A DNA stretch of 64,000 nucleotides from Pseudomonadota bacterium (GTDB taxonomy: Bacteria > Desulfobacterota > Desulfobacteria > Desulfobacterales > JBDRRP01), in NCBI GenBank assembly GCA_043825735.1, contig JBDRRP010000093.1, positions 62,001-126,000 on the forward strand, read 5' to 3'. Positions 50,067 to 60,014 of this stretch are shown piece by piece. The notes beneath the pieces are model-generated. The model was given only the letters and a program-made list of their open reading frames with translations. It was not told the DNA's origin and ran no database searches. Every line of letters starts with the position of its first letter. Position 1 is the stretch's first letter. A program made the translations under genes and the position numbers.

Positions 50067-51650
50067 ATGGACGACTTCAAGATCATTCTCTTCTTATGCA
50101 ACTGGGGCCCCCATGCCGCTTACCAGAGCCTCCAGGATCAGTGTGCCGCGATCCCGGCCGAAATCCGGATGGTGCGCATCCCCTGCAGCGGCAGGATCAC
50201 CAAGGCGCTGCTCCTGCGGCCCTTTGAGATGGGCGCCGACGGGGTGGTGCTGCTGGGTTGCCACCCGGGCACGTGCCGCTACGGCAGCGGCACCAGTGCG
50301 GCCCGGGATAATACGGCTGAAACCCGACGGGTGCTCGATCTCATGGGCCTGGGGCAAGAGCGGCTCCAGCTAAAAACCTTTCTACCTGACCAGCACGCGG
50401 AGATGCTCACTTTTCTCCAGTCTTTTGTGGACGGCATCCGGCGACAGGGCAAAAGCCCGGTCCAGACGCCGCGAGCCGCAGCGGATGCGACGATGCCGGA
50501 AATGACGCCCGAGGCCATCGTCGCGGCCCATGACGTCTACGCCTGCCAGGACTGCGGCAAATGCACCGCCGCCTGCACGCTGGCCCTGGCCGGCAAGGCC
50601 TTTTCCCCGCGCGCCATGGCCGGAGACATCATCGCCGGGCGGGCCGACGATCCTGCGGTGCGTCAGGCCGTCAACGCCTGCCTGACCTGCGGTCTGTGTT
50701 ACGAGCGATGCCCGTCGGCGGTCAATTTTCCGGAATTCATCAAGGACATACGGGCCTGGTACCGGTCGCAAAGCCTGACCGAAGCGCCCACCCACGGCGG
50801 CTTTTTCCAGAGCATGATGCGCACCATGACGGCCGAAGACCTCGCCCCGCGCCGCTGGCAGCACCTGCCCGCGAACGTGCGCGCCGCAGCCAGCGGTCCG
50901 ATCCTGTTTTTCGGCGGCTGCGCCCCGTATTTCGACATCTTCTTCGGCAAGTTTCTCGCCGTGGACACGACCCGGATCCTGGAAGACAGCCTGCGCCTGC
51001 TCAATTTCTTCGATGTGGAACCGATTTTATTAGAAAACGAGCGCTGCTGCGGCCACGATCTGCTGTGGAGCGGCGACAAGGCGAATTTTCTTCGCCTGGC
51101 CCGCCGCAATGCCGAGGCATTTGCTGCCAGCGGCGCCACGGAGCTGATCACGGCGTGCCCCGAATGCTACCGCACGCTGAGCCATGATTATCCGGAAAAC
51201 GGCGTGAACCTGCCCCTGAGCGTCACCCACATCCACACGTTTCTCGAAAGGGAGATCGACAAGGGGGCCGTGGGCTTCAACCCCCTGGGCGCGGTGGCGA
51301 CCTTCCAGGACGCCTGCCGCCAGAGCCGCTTCGCGGGCCAGGCCGATCTTCCCCGAAAACTCATGGCCCGCATGAGCGGGACCGAAATCAAGGAGATGCC
51401 CGAATCGGGAACCGCGGCCACCTGCTGCGGCAACAGCGCCTGGACTGGCTGCGACGCCTTTTCCAAGGCCATGCAGGTCAAGCGCCTGACCCGTGCCCGG
51501 GAAACGGGCAGCGAGCTGATGCTCACCGCCTGCCCCAAGTGCCAGATCCACCTGCGCTGCGCCATGGAAGACCCCATGCGCGGCCAGGATCTGAAAATGG
51601 AGATGATGGACCTGGTCAGCGCCCTGGCCAAAACCATCTACTGGCAGTAG
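50067..51650 (+). CDS. MvhD-HdrD(C+B-like) fusion, CCG-domain Fe-S oxidoreductase
   Basis: LFLCNWG...PCSGR...GADGV..GCHPGTCRY; CQDCGKC, CLTCGLCYERCP; CCG and TACP twice. Confidence 0.88.
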   Translation: MDDFKIILFLCNWGPHAAYQSLQDQCAAIPAEIRMVRIPCSGRITKALLLRPFEMGADGVVLLGCHPGTCRYGSGTSAARDNTAETRRVLDLMGLGQERLQLKTFLPDQHAEMLTFLQSFVDGIRRQGKSPVQTPRAAADATMPEMTPEAIVAAHDVYACQDCGKCTAACTLALAGKAFSPRAMAGDIIAGRADDPAVRQAVNACLTCGLCYERCPSAVNFPEFIKDIRAWYRSQSLTEAPTHGGFFQSMMRTMTAEDLAPRRWQHLPANVRAAASGPILFFGGCAPYFDIFFGKFLAVDTTRILEDSLRLLNFFDVEPILLENERCCGHDLLWSGDKANFLRLARRNAEAFAASGATELITACPECYRTLSHDYPENGVNLPLSVTHIHTFLEREIDKGAVGFNPLGAVATFQDACRQSRFAGQADLPRKLMARMSGTEIKEMPESGTAATCCGNSAWTGCDAFSKAMQVKRLTRARETGSELMLTACPKCQIHLRCAMEDPMRGQDLKMEMMDLVSALAKTIYWQ

Positions 51651-51664
51651 ACGGCTTGAGAAGT

Positions 51665-51800
51665 GATGAAACTGCAAAAAAATGATTTTGAACCACAGAG
51701 ACCGCAGAGGGCCGCGGAGAATACCAATAATGATTCAAGGACAATCTCTGCGTTCTCTGTGCCTCTGTGGTGATTTAGGCCTTTTTCCAAATCCATCGAA
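51665..51800. mobile_element. Degenerate MITE family B copy
   Basis: aaaaaatgattttgaaccacagagaccgcagag...ctctgtggtgattt; matches 57782-57918. Confidence 0.7.
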
Positions 51801-51851
51801 CAGGATAAAAATTACTACAAGCGATACTATCAACATGACAGAGGAATCATC

Positions 51852-54320
51852 ATGACAACAGGGACCAGCGTCTTTGCTCCGAGCCCGGGGGCGTCCCCGG
51901 CCGGAGCCCCGGAAGATCTTCGCATCGGCGTGTACGTGTGCCACTGCGGATTGAACATCGCCCAGACCGTTGACTGCCAGGCCGTGGCCGACATGGCCGC
52001 AGGCCTGCCCCAGGTCGCCGTGGCCAAGGGCATCGGCTATGCGTGCAGTGAGCCCGGTCAGCGGGAAATCCGGGAAGACATCGCTGAAAACGGCCTGAAC
52101 CGCATCGTCGTGGCCTCGTGCTCGCCCCGTCTTCATGAACCCACGTTTCGCCAAGTGATGAAAGATGCCGGCCTCAATCCCTATCTGCTGGATATGGCCA
52201 ACCTGCGCGAGCAGTGCAGCTGGGTGCACATGAAGGACAAGGTGGCGGCGACGGCCAAGGCCGCGGATCTGGTCGCGATGAGCGTGGCGCGAGCGCGCCG
52301 GCTGGCCCCCCTTGAGGAAACCACCGTGCCCATGACCCAGCGGGCCCTGGTCATCGGCGGCGGGGTGGCGGGCATCCAGTCGGCCCTGGACCTGGCCGAC
52401 AATGGGTTCGACGTCATCCTGGTGGAAAAACAGCCCTCCATCGGCGGGGTCATGGCCCAGCTCGACAAGACGTTTCCCACCATGGACTGCTCCATCTGAA
52501 TCCTCGGTCCTAAGATGACGGATGCCGGTCGGCATCCCCGCATAACCCTCCACACGCTGAGCGAAGTGGTGGAAGTCAAAGGATACGTGGGCAATTTCGA
52601 CGTCAAGATCGTCAAAAAAGCGCGCTACGTTAAAGAATCCGAATGCACCGCCTGCGGCGACTGCGCCACCGTCTGCCCGGTGGTGCGCCCGGACGAGTTC
52701 AACGTGGGACTCTCCTCCCGGAAGGCGATATATTCCCCCTTTCCCCAGGCGGTCCCTTCGGCCTATGTGCTCAATCCCGGCGAATGCCTGGGCAGCAATC
52801 CCACGGTCTGCACCAAATGCCTGGATGCCTGCGAGAAGAAATGCATCGATTTCAACATGTCCGATGAGACTCTGAACGCGCGGGTGGGCACCATCGTCGT
52901 AGCCACGGGGCTGACCCCGCATGATCCGCGGCGACTCGACGAATACGGCTACACGCGGTTTGAAAACGTGCTCACCAGCCTGGAGTTCGAACGCCTGATC
53001 AATGCCGGCGGCCCTACCCAAGGCAGGGTGCTGCGCCCGACCGATCGCCGGGAGCCCGCGTCCATCGGCTTTGTCCAGTGCGTGGGATCGCGCTCGGCCC
53101 GCCGGGGTAATACGTACTGCTCCAACACCTGCTGCATGAACACGGTAAAGAGCACCCTGGTGCTGGGCGAGCACTACCCGGATATGGACATCAAGGTCTT
53201 TTACATCGACATCCGGGCCTTCGGCAAAGGCTTTGAAGATCTCTATACGCGCAGCCGCCGTCAGGGGGCCCATTACGTCCGGGGCCTGCCGGGCAATGTG
53301 GAGGAACTGCCCGACGGCAGCCTGAGGGTGGCCGTGGAAAATACTGCCGCCGGCAAGCTGGAGTACTACGATCTGGACATGCTTGTTCTGGCCGTCGGGA
53401 TGGAACCGGCCGCCGGAACCCAGCGGCTCCAGGAGATGCTGGGCCTGCAGCTCACCCCCGACGGTTTTTTCCTGGAAGCCCACCCCAAGCTCCAGCCCGT
53501 GGATGCCGCCACCCGGGGGGTCTTTTACGCCGGCTGCGCCGAAGGGCCCAAGGACATCAAGGAGAGCGTCACCCAGGCCTCGGCGGCGGCGGCCCGTTCC
53601 ATCCGGCTGATGCACACCGACCATATCACCGCCGAGGCCATCACGGCCAAGGTGAATACCGATCTTTGCACGGCCTGCGGCAAATGCGCCGAGGTCTGCC
53701 CCTACAACGCCATCACCGTGGACCCCAGAAAGAAGGTGCCGGCCCAGGTGACAAGCGCGGCGTGCAGCGGATGCGGCACCTGTGCGGCCGAATGCCCCTT
53801 TGGGGCCATCGAGACCAGTCATTTCACCGACGCGCAGATCCTGGGGCAGGTGGACGCGCTTCTGGCCCATCAGGCCAGAGAGAAAATTCTCGCCTTTGCC
53901 TGCAACTGGTGCTCCTACGCCGGGGCCGATTATGCCGGCGTCTCCCGGCTCCAGTACCCGGCCAATGTCCGCCTGATCCGGACCATGTGCTCTGGCCGGG
54001 TGGACGAGGCGTTCATCTGGCACGGGTTTGCCACCGGCGCCCCGGTGATTCTGGTCAGCGGCTGCCATATCGGCGACTGCCACTACATCGACGCCAACCA
54101 GTGGACCCAGCGCCGTGTGGAGAAGGTCCGCCAGAAGATGGAAAAATACGGGATCCGTCCCGAACGGCTACAGCTTGAATGGATCAGCGCGGCCGAGGGT
54201 ATCCGTTTTGCCCAGGTGATGTCGCGCATGGAAGATCTGCGTCAGTCGGTCACCGACGCCGAGATCGCCGACACCATGCGCATCCTGGAGAAAAAAAAGA
54301 AGGGGCAGGCCAAAGTTTAA
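51852..54320 (+). CDS. hdrA: HdrA-MvhD fusion, selenoprotein (Sec TGA 52497-52499)
   Basis: [40 protein letters not shown] in frame with ORF 52515-54320; perfect hairpin GGATGCC-ggtc-GGCATCC downstream; C-terminal FACNWCSY...GCHIGDCHY. Confidence 0.93.
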
Positions 54321-54616
54321 CGCCAAAGACCGGTGCCCCCGATGACATCGTGATCACCACGGCGTCACGGGGGGCACGGAGATTTGATATTTCATATCTC
54401 GCGCGGAGGCGCAGAGGCGCAGGGAAAATCACTCGCACAATTCAATTTCCTGCAGTTCTCTGCGTCTCCGCGCCTCTGCGCGAGAACATCTTCTTGGGTT
54501 TATAAAAAACCGTGTGCTCCGTGAACTTCGCAGTGATATGATTTTCCCGATTGCAATGGCATCCGGTTGTGGCTTGAGCTACCTGGATAAGCGAAAAAAC
54601 TTTTTTGAGATAGGTT

Positions 54617-55306
54617 CTATGTAAGTTGGCTCATCTCCCTTACGTAGCACTGCGGGCAGACCCCGTGCGAGGGCAGGGCACCGGAAATATCAAGGACATA
54701 TTTTTCTACCGAGACCCACTTGCCTGTTTCTTCGCGGACCTTTTTGCAATAACTGCAGATCGGATAAATCTTGCTCAAGTCGTCGAGAAAACGATCCCGG
54801 CGATCTATCTCCGCTTTGGCTAAAACAATGCGAAGAGACAGCTCGATCATCCTTTTGATCTGCTGGACCAGTCTGATGTGTATGTCATTATGAGCGTTGT
54901 GCTTGTTGTCCAGGAAACATACTGTCCCGAACTGCCCGCCATCGGGGCGCTCGATGGGCAGTCCGAGGTAGGAGATAATGTGCAGGCCGACTGCAGCAGG
55001 GTTGTCTTTCCACTGAGGATCTTGAAGCGCATTTGGAATTAGATTGAGCCCCCTGCTCTTCAAAGTATGCTCACAGTACCAGCCAGAATCCGGATACTGT
55101 GCCTTGCACGCGGCCGGATAGGGGTTTCCCTCAGTCTCACTCGAAAGCAGGATCTCGATTTCATTCCCGTCAACGCGCGTGATCAGCCCTGCAGGAACGC
55201 CAAGGATCTCCGCCGTCTCATCGAGCAGGCCCTGCCATTCTTTCAAAACGTCTTCGGTAAGCTTTTCCCGATTGTACGGGTTTGCATCCATATTTTTCAT
55301 ATTCAC
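54617..55306 (-). CDS. GAF-domain protein with C-terminal Cys/His motif
   Basis: WYCEHT...SYLGLPIERPDGGQFGTVCFLD; PICSYCKKVR...SHGVCPQC. Confidence 0.85.
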   Translation of the reverse strand: MNMKNMDANPYNREKLTEDVLKEWQGLLDETAEILGVPAGLITRVDGNEIEILLSSETEGNPYPAACKAQYPDSGWYCEHTLKSRGLNLIPNALQDPQWKDNPAAVGLHIISYLGLPIERPDGGQFGTVCFLDNKHNAHNDIHIRLVQQIKRMIELSLRIVLAKAEIDRRDRFLDDLSKIYPICSYCKKVREETGKWVSVEKYVLDISGALPSHGVCPQCYVREMSQLT

Positions 55307-55352
55307 CTGCCCTGGTTCTTCTATGAGATAACGCCTTCGAAGCTTCTGATAG

Positions 55353-55670
55353 TTATTGGGCCTTTTGATTCTTAGTGTGACCGGCTTCTGCGTGAAGCTT
55401 CAATCCAAGAGCACCGATCACCTTGAGGATCGTGTCAAAACCCGGGCTTCGTTCACCGGACAAGGCTTTGTACAGACTTTCCCGGGACAGGCCGGCATCG
55501 CGAGCCACTTGCGACATGCCCTTGGCCCTTGCAATATCGCCAAGTGCTTTGGCAATAAAGGCAGCATCGCCGTTTGCCTCTTCAAAAGAGGCTTCAAGAT
55601 AAGCAGCCATCTCTTCCGGAGTTCGAAGATGCTCGGAGACGTCGTAACGCGTCGTAATTGTTTTTCCCAT
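55353..55670 (-). CDS. Addiction-module antitoxin (HI1420-like HTH)
   Basis: YDVSEHLRTPEEMAAYL...ALGDIARAKGMSQVARDAGLSRESLYKALSGERSPGFDTILKV. Confidence 0.93.
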   Translation of the reverse strand: MGKTITTRYDVSEHLRTPEEMAAYLEASFEEANGDAAFIAKALGDIARAKGMSQVARDAGLSRESLYKALSGERSPGFDTILKVIGALGLKLHAEAGHTKNQKAQ

Positions 55671-55680
55671 GGTTCAACTC

Positions 55681-55971
55681 CTATAGATTCCTCGATAGCT
55701 GCAAAGCGGTATTAATATCCTTTGCCTGTGTTTTCTTATCGCCTCCAGCCAGCAAAATGATCAACATCTGCCCTTGCTTTTTGTAGTACACCCGGTATCC
55801 AGGGCCGCAGTCGATCCGCATTTCTGAAACACCCTCCCCCACAGGCTTTACATCACCAGGGTTTCCTGCTGCCAATCGTTCGATTCGGACTAGGATGCGA
55901 GCACGCGCCCGAATATCCTGTAACCCATCAATCCATTTGGCAAAATTGTGCGTTTTACGGATTTCAATCAT
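55681..55971 (-). CDS. Addiction-module toxin (RelE/ParE superfamily, HI1419-like)
   Basis: RIERLAAGNPGDVKPVGEGVSEMRIDCGPGYRVYY...LLAGGDKKTQAKDI. Confidence 0.93.
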   Translation of the reverse strand: MIEIRKTHNFAKWIDGLQDIRARARILVRIERLAAGNPGDVKPVGEGVSEMRIDCGPGYRVYYKKQGQMLIILLAGGDKKTQAKDINTALQLSRNL

Positions 55972-55977
55972 TCTGTT

Positions 55978-56006
55978 ATCGTAGCCATGTGGCTACACAA
56001 TGTCAA
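55978..56006 (-). promoter_or_regulatory. Sigma70-type promoter with overlapping operator palindrome for the TA operon
   Basis: Minus strand TTGACA-17 nt-TACGAT; palindrome GTAGCCA-tg-TGGCTAC at 55981-55996. Confidence 0.8.
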
Positions 56007-56035
56007 TGGAGATTTTGTGGGAAGCTGTGTATGAG

Positions 56036-56098
56036 GCCCAACGATTCACATCAGCATTTAGCGCATCAGCGACAATATGCTGGATGTGGTTGTTGCCT
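56036..56098 (-). other. Integron attC recombination site (63 bp)
   Basis: Minus strand: R'' AGGCAAC, 5 nt, L'' CATCCAGC, stem-loop, L' GCTGATG (L'' has one extra base), 6 nt, R' GTTGGGC. Confidence 0.8.
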
Positions 56099-56181
56099 TC
56101 AGTATTCCACTGCCTCTTCTCTTGCGGTTGGATCGGATGCGTCGCCGTAACGCTTGACGCCCTTGGCACCCTTCGCAAGCG

Positions 56182-56436
56182 GTGATGCCTCCGTATTACG
56201 CCGGAAATCGGATCCGATGCAAGGCTTTCTGAAGGGAACACCCAAAACCAGATCCACTCCTTGCCGGCATTCGGGTATTTTCGATCAAGTGCCATCGGCA
56301 TATAGACACCTGCGACATTGTTGCTGCGATCCTTGTCGTAAAGCCTTCGGATTTTTTCCAGATACACGGTAAGATCATTCTTTACGCTCTCTGCCAAAAT
56401 CGTTTCTCGCGATTTATTGCCCTTCGCGTTTCCCAT
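56182..56436 (-). pseudogene. intI: Integron integrase internal fragment
   Basis: KGNKSRET..., GVYMPMALDRKYPNAGKEWIWFWVFPS...DPISGVIRRHH is the IntI-specific insertion; N-terminus and catalytic C-terminus missing. Confidence 0.85.
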
Positions 56437-56543
56437 GGATGAACACTGGTTAAAAGCCGCCCCAAAACAAAATGCACAGTTTTCTGTGCACTGTGCACTG
56501 AAAACTGTGCATCCGACTTAATTATGAATCGGTTATTTAGCTT

Positions 56544-56681
56544 TCAGACAACAGCCAGTTGCCTGACTTCTTGATGGATTCTTTCGCTAAGCCGGTCTTG
56601 CGCGACATCCAATTCGTAATCCATCTGAAGACCAAGCCAAAAAGACGCGGAGTACCCGAAATAGACGGTTAGTCTAAGCGC
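56544..56681 (-). pseudogene. HigA-type antitoxin C-terminal remnant
   Basis: Manual translation ALRLTVYFGYSASFWLGLQMDYELDVAQDRLSERIHQEVRQLAVV-stop; no start. Confidence 0.75.
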
Positions 56682-56728
56682 AAAACCGGCGCCCCCCCGC
56701 TTTTCTTAGACCGGCAGCGGCTGCCGGT

Positions 56729-57598
56729 TCAGGTCTTCATTTGCTTGATGACATCCAGGTAGGCCTTGACGAGGGGGCTGATCTCCGGCGGATGCCAGTG
56801 GGTGTCTTTGGGCGCTTCGGGCCAGGCATCCGGCAGATGGCGGATCTCGCCGGGCGCGGTTGCCGTGGCGAGCAGATCGAGCGCTTCCAGAATCAGCCGG
56901 CGCTGGCCGGCGGCATCTTTCACCTGCCCCACCGGCCGCCCGTAGGGGTATGCGATCGCGGTCTGGCGTGGGATGCCCACGGCGTTGTGAAATTCCCAGG
57001 TGGGGGTGAGGATCACCGTGGAAATCCCTCTTTCTTCCATATATCGGGCGGCCAGTCCCACGGACCGGCAGCAGAACGGTCAGGCCGGGGTGAGAAAGAC
57101 GGCGCCCACCCCTTCTTTGGTCATCTGCTCGGTCATGGGGGCGATGGCCTGCTCGATGAATGCCTCTCCCTCCCACTGAAACCCATAGAAAGAATAGGAC
57201 GTGGGCGCCAGGGCGCCGATGACGCCGTCGGCTTCGAGCTCGGCCATCCGGGTCAGGGGCAGCATGACGTTGATGTCTTCGGCAATGTAGCTCGTGTTGA
57301 TGTGCAGGTGGTTCACCGCCACGTCTTTCCCGGTGGTGCCCCGGGGAATGGCCCGCCAGGTGGGGTCCCCGTAGGTGGGCTCGCGCTTTTCGCGTTCCAT
57401 GTCAAAGGGCGCGTCGGTCTTCAAGCTGATCCCCGCCGAGGTTACCAGCGAAACCGTGGTCTCGCTGAGGGGTTTCTCGAGGGGGGTGAACGGAATGGCG
57501 CCGCTGAAGGGCGCCTCGGGAATGGTTGAGCGAATCCATGCCGACAGTTTGGGGGGCAAGAACCGGAATCCGTCGACGGCCGCAGTCCGTGCAGTCAT
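56729..57598 (-). CDS. PrdB/GrdB-like reductase selenoprotein (UxxC; TGA 57082-57080), 289 aa
   Basis: VSLVTSAG...DPTWR...DINVMLPL...VFLTPA-TGA-PFCCRSVGLAARYMEERGISTV...YPYGRP; two track ORFs in frame; hairpin GCCGGTCC-gtg-GGACTGGC after TGA. Confidence 0.88.
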
Positions 57599-57781
57599 GG
57601 CGCCTCCTTGGATTGGGTCAAAAGGGCGTGCGCCCTTCTGAAAACGCCATCTTTGTCCGCCACCATTTTCCTATAGCACTATCACGTGCGGATCAAATCA
57701 AAAAAACGAAGGGGCAAATGGATACAGCAACCATGGCAATGCCGGCACGCCGGCAGCAGCCGGCGTGATGCCGCATAAGGC

Positions 57782-57918
57782 TTGATGGTCCCGTAAAAAG
57801 TGATTTTGAACCACAGAGACCGCAGGGGCCGCAGAGAATATACTGAATAATTAGCAAGTTATCTCTGTGATCTCTGCGTCCTCTGTGGTGATTTCAGACT
57901 TTTTACGGGACTGTCAGA
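57782..57918. mobile_element. MITE family B copy (same TIR as family A, different interior)
   Basis: ttgatggtcccgtaaaaagt ... actttttacgggactgtca; inverted relative of 32707-32833; partial copy at about 26489-26580. Confidence 0.78.
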
Positions 57919-57992
57919 CTTGGAGGATTTCATGCAGCGATGGATCGCCGCTGGTGGGTGCTGCGCGGACACCGGGTCAGCGCAGCCGATGT

Positions 57993-59708
57993 TCAGGCGG
58001 CAGCCTTGCCTTGACGCCGATACGGGCTGGCGGTACGGCCCTTAGCCTTGGCGGCGGGCCGCGCCTTTTCCCATGCCTTTGTTTTTACGGTGGGTTTTCC
58101 TTCGTAAAATTCCCGCAGACTCACCGGGCGGCCGTCCAGCATCACGTCGCGAATCCCCTTTTTCACGCTGCCGGCAGCGCGCTTGTCGATCTCGACCACG
58201 CAGTGGGAGGGTTTCAGGTCGATGGCGCCCACCCGGTCCGAGCGGATGCCGGCCTGCTCGCAGATGAGGCGCAGGATCGCCCCCTCGTTGATGCGGTCCA
58301 TGGTGCCCACATTGATGATGAAACGCTGGGTGGGTGCGCCTTTGAGCCGCTGCTTCACGCTTGCCACCTTGCTCACGGGCCGGGCGCTGGCGTTGATGTC
58401 TTCGGCGTTTTTGGTGTCGGTGAGCACCCGGCGGATCTCGCCGGAGACCAGAGCGCGCATTAAATCGTCCCGGTCCAGATCGGCGAAGGCCTCGCGAACG
58501 GCCGGCATAAACGCTTCCACCACTTCCGAGGTTTCTCCGGCCGCGTGGATGCGGGCCGCCAAAGCTTCGATCTGACGCCGGCACACGGCGTTGCCGTCGG
58601 GAAGCTTTTCAACGGAAAATTGAATTTTACCCTGCTTTTCCAGCAGCTTGACGCGCCCCATTTCATTGCGGCTCACGATGACGACAGAGGCGCCGGTCTT
58701 ACCGGCCCGGGCTGTGCGCCCGCTGCGGTGGGTGTAGGTCTCGGCATCGCCGGGCAGGTGGTAGTGGATGACGTGGGTGATGTCGTCCACATCGAGCCCG
58801 CGGGCCGCCACATCGGTGGCCACCAAAACCCTCACGGACGCCTGCCGGAACTGGCGCATCACGGCATCGCGCTGCCCCTGGGACAAATCCCCGTGCAGGG
58901 CCGCCGCCGGGCAACCGTCGGTGATCAGCGCATCGGCCACGGCCTGGGTATCTTTCCGGGTGCGGCAGAACACCAGGGCGAACATGTCGGGCGTAAAATC
59001 GATGAGCCGTTTGAGGGCCTTGTAGCGGTTCGGGTGGGCCACCACATGGCAGGTGTGGGAGATGGTCTGCAGATTGCGCCGGGATTCGCTGCCGGCGATG
59101 GTCACCGGCGCGCTCAGATAGGCCCCGGCGATGGCGGCCACACCCGGGGGCATGGTCGCTGAAAACAGCCACGTGCGCCGCGGCGCCGGCAATTGGGTCA
59201 GGATGCCGTCAAGCTCTTCCTTGAAGCCCATGTTGAGCATCTCGTCGGCTTCATCCAGCACCACCAGCGACACCCCGCGCACGTCCACGGCCCGGCGCTG
59301 GATGAGATCGAGCAGTCGCCCGGGGGTGGCCACGATCACCTGGGCCCCGGCCTTGAGCAGCCGGATCTGATCGGCAATGCTGGCGCCGCCGTACACGGCT
59401 GCGCACCGGACGGCGCTCATGTGCTTGGCATACTTGGAAAAATCGTCGGTGATCTGCAGGCACAGCTCCCGGGTCGGACACAGCACGACCGCCTGGGGCC
59501 GGCGCCGGAACGCATCAATGCGCTGAAGCAGCGGAAACCCGAAAGCGGCCGTTTTGCCGGTGCCGGTCTGTGCCTGGCCGATCACGTCGGTGCCATCCTC
59601 GATCAGCACCGGAATGGCGGCGGCCTGGATGGCTGTCGGCACTACAAAGCCAAGCCCCTCAGCGGCGCGCAGCAACGCTGCGGTCAATCCCAATTCTTCA
59701 AATGACAT
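57993..59708 (-). CDS. DEAD-box RNA helicase with DbpA-type RNA-binding domain (DeaD/CsdA-like)
   Basis: AQTGTGKT, PTREL, TPGR, DEAD, SAT, ARGLD, HRSGRTARAG. Confidence 0.95.
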   Translation of the reverse strand: MSFEELGLTAALLRAAEGLGFVVPTAIQAAAIPVLIEDGTDVIGQAQTGTGKTAAFGFPLLQRIDAFRRRPQAVVLCPTRELCLQITDDFSKYAKHMSAVRCAAVYGGASIADQIRLLKAGAQVIVATPGRLLDLIQRRAVDVRGVSLVVLDEADEMLNMGFKEELDGILTQLPAPRRTWLFSATMPPGVAAIAGAYLSAPVTIAGSESRRNLQTISHTCHVVAHPNRYKALKRLIDFTPDMFALVFCRTRKDTQAVADALITDGCPAAALHGDLSQGQRDAVMRQFRQASVRVLVATDVAARGLDVDDITHVIHYHLPGDAETYTHRSGRTARAGKTGASVVIVSRNEMGRVKLLEKQGKIQFSVEKLPDGNAVCRRQIEALAARIHAAGETSEVVEAFMPAVREAFADLDRDDLMRALVSGEIRRVLTDTKNAEDINASARPVSKVASVKQRLKGAPTQRFIINVGTMDRINEGAILRLICEQAGIRSDRVGAIDLKPSHCVVEIDKRAAGSVKKGIRDVMLDGRPVSLREFYEGKPTVKTKAWEKARPAAKAKGRTASPYRRQGKAAA

Positions 59709-60014
59709 GTTTTCTCACCTTCCAAAAAAAACAACCGAAGGCCGCGCTCGCTGCGCCTTCGGTGGTTGAGTTCCACAAAAAAAGCCGTCCAGCCACATCC
59801 GGACGGCCTAGGTCAAAATATCCAGCACTCTTACCGTATAAACCACCAGGATGCAACCTATTTTAATCAACCGGCCGCCAGTCCGTGCTGTCAATGAGGC
59901 GCACAACCTCCCGAGCGGCAATAGATCCTTCAACAATTGCTGAAAATAGGGTATCTAATACCCGTTTCCAAAAGGCATTTTCCGGCCGCCGGTACCCCCC
60001 ATCACAAGGCCCAT

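Noticed and set aside
14442..57082. Five in-frame TGAs read as nonsense mutations or as genome-wide TGA recoding
   Set aside because: All fall at conserved Cys/Sec positions with downstream hairpins, while many other genes end normally at TGA
59732..59768. Hairpin in the DEAD-box helicase leader as a riboswitch or thermosensor
   Set aside because: A single stem with no recognisable family features
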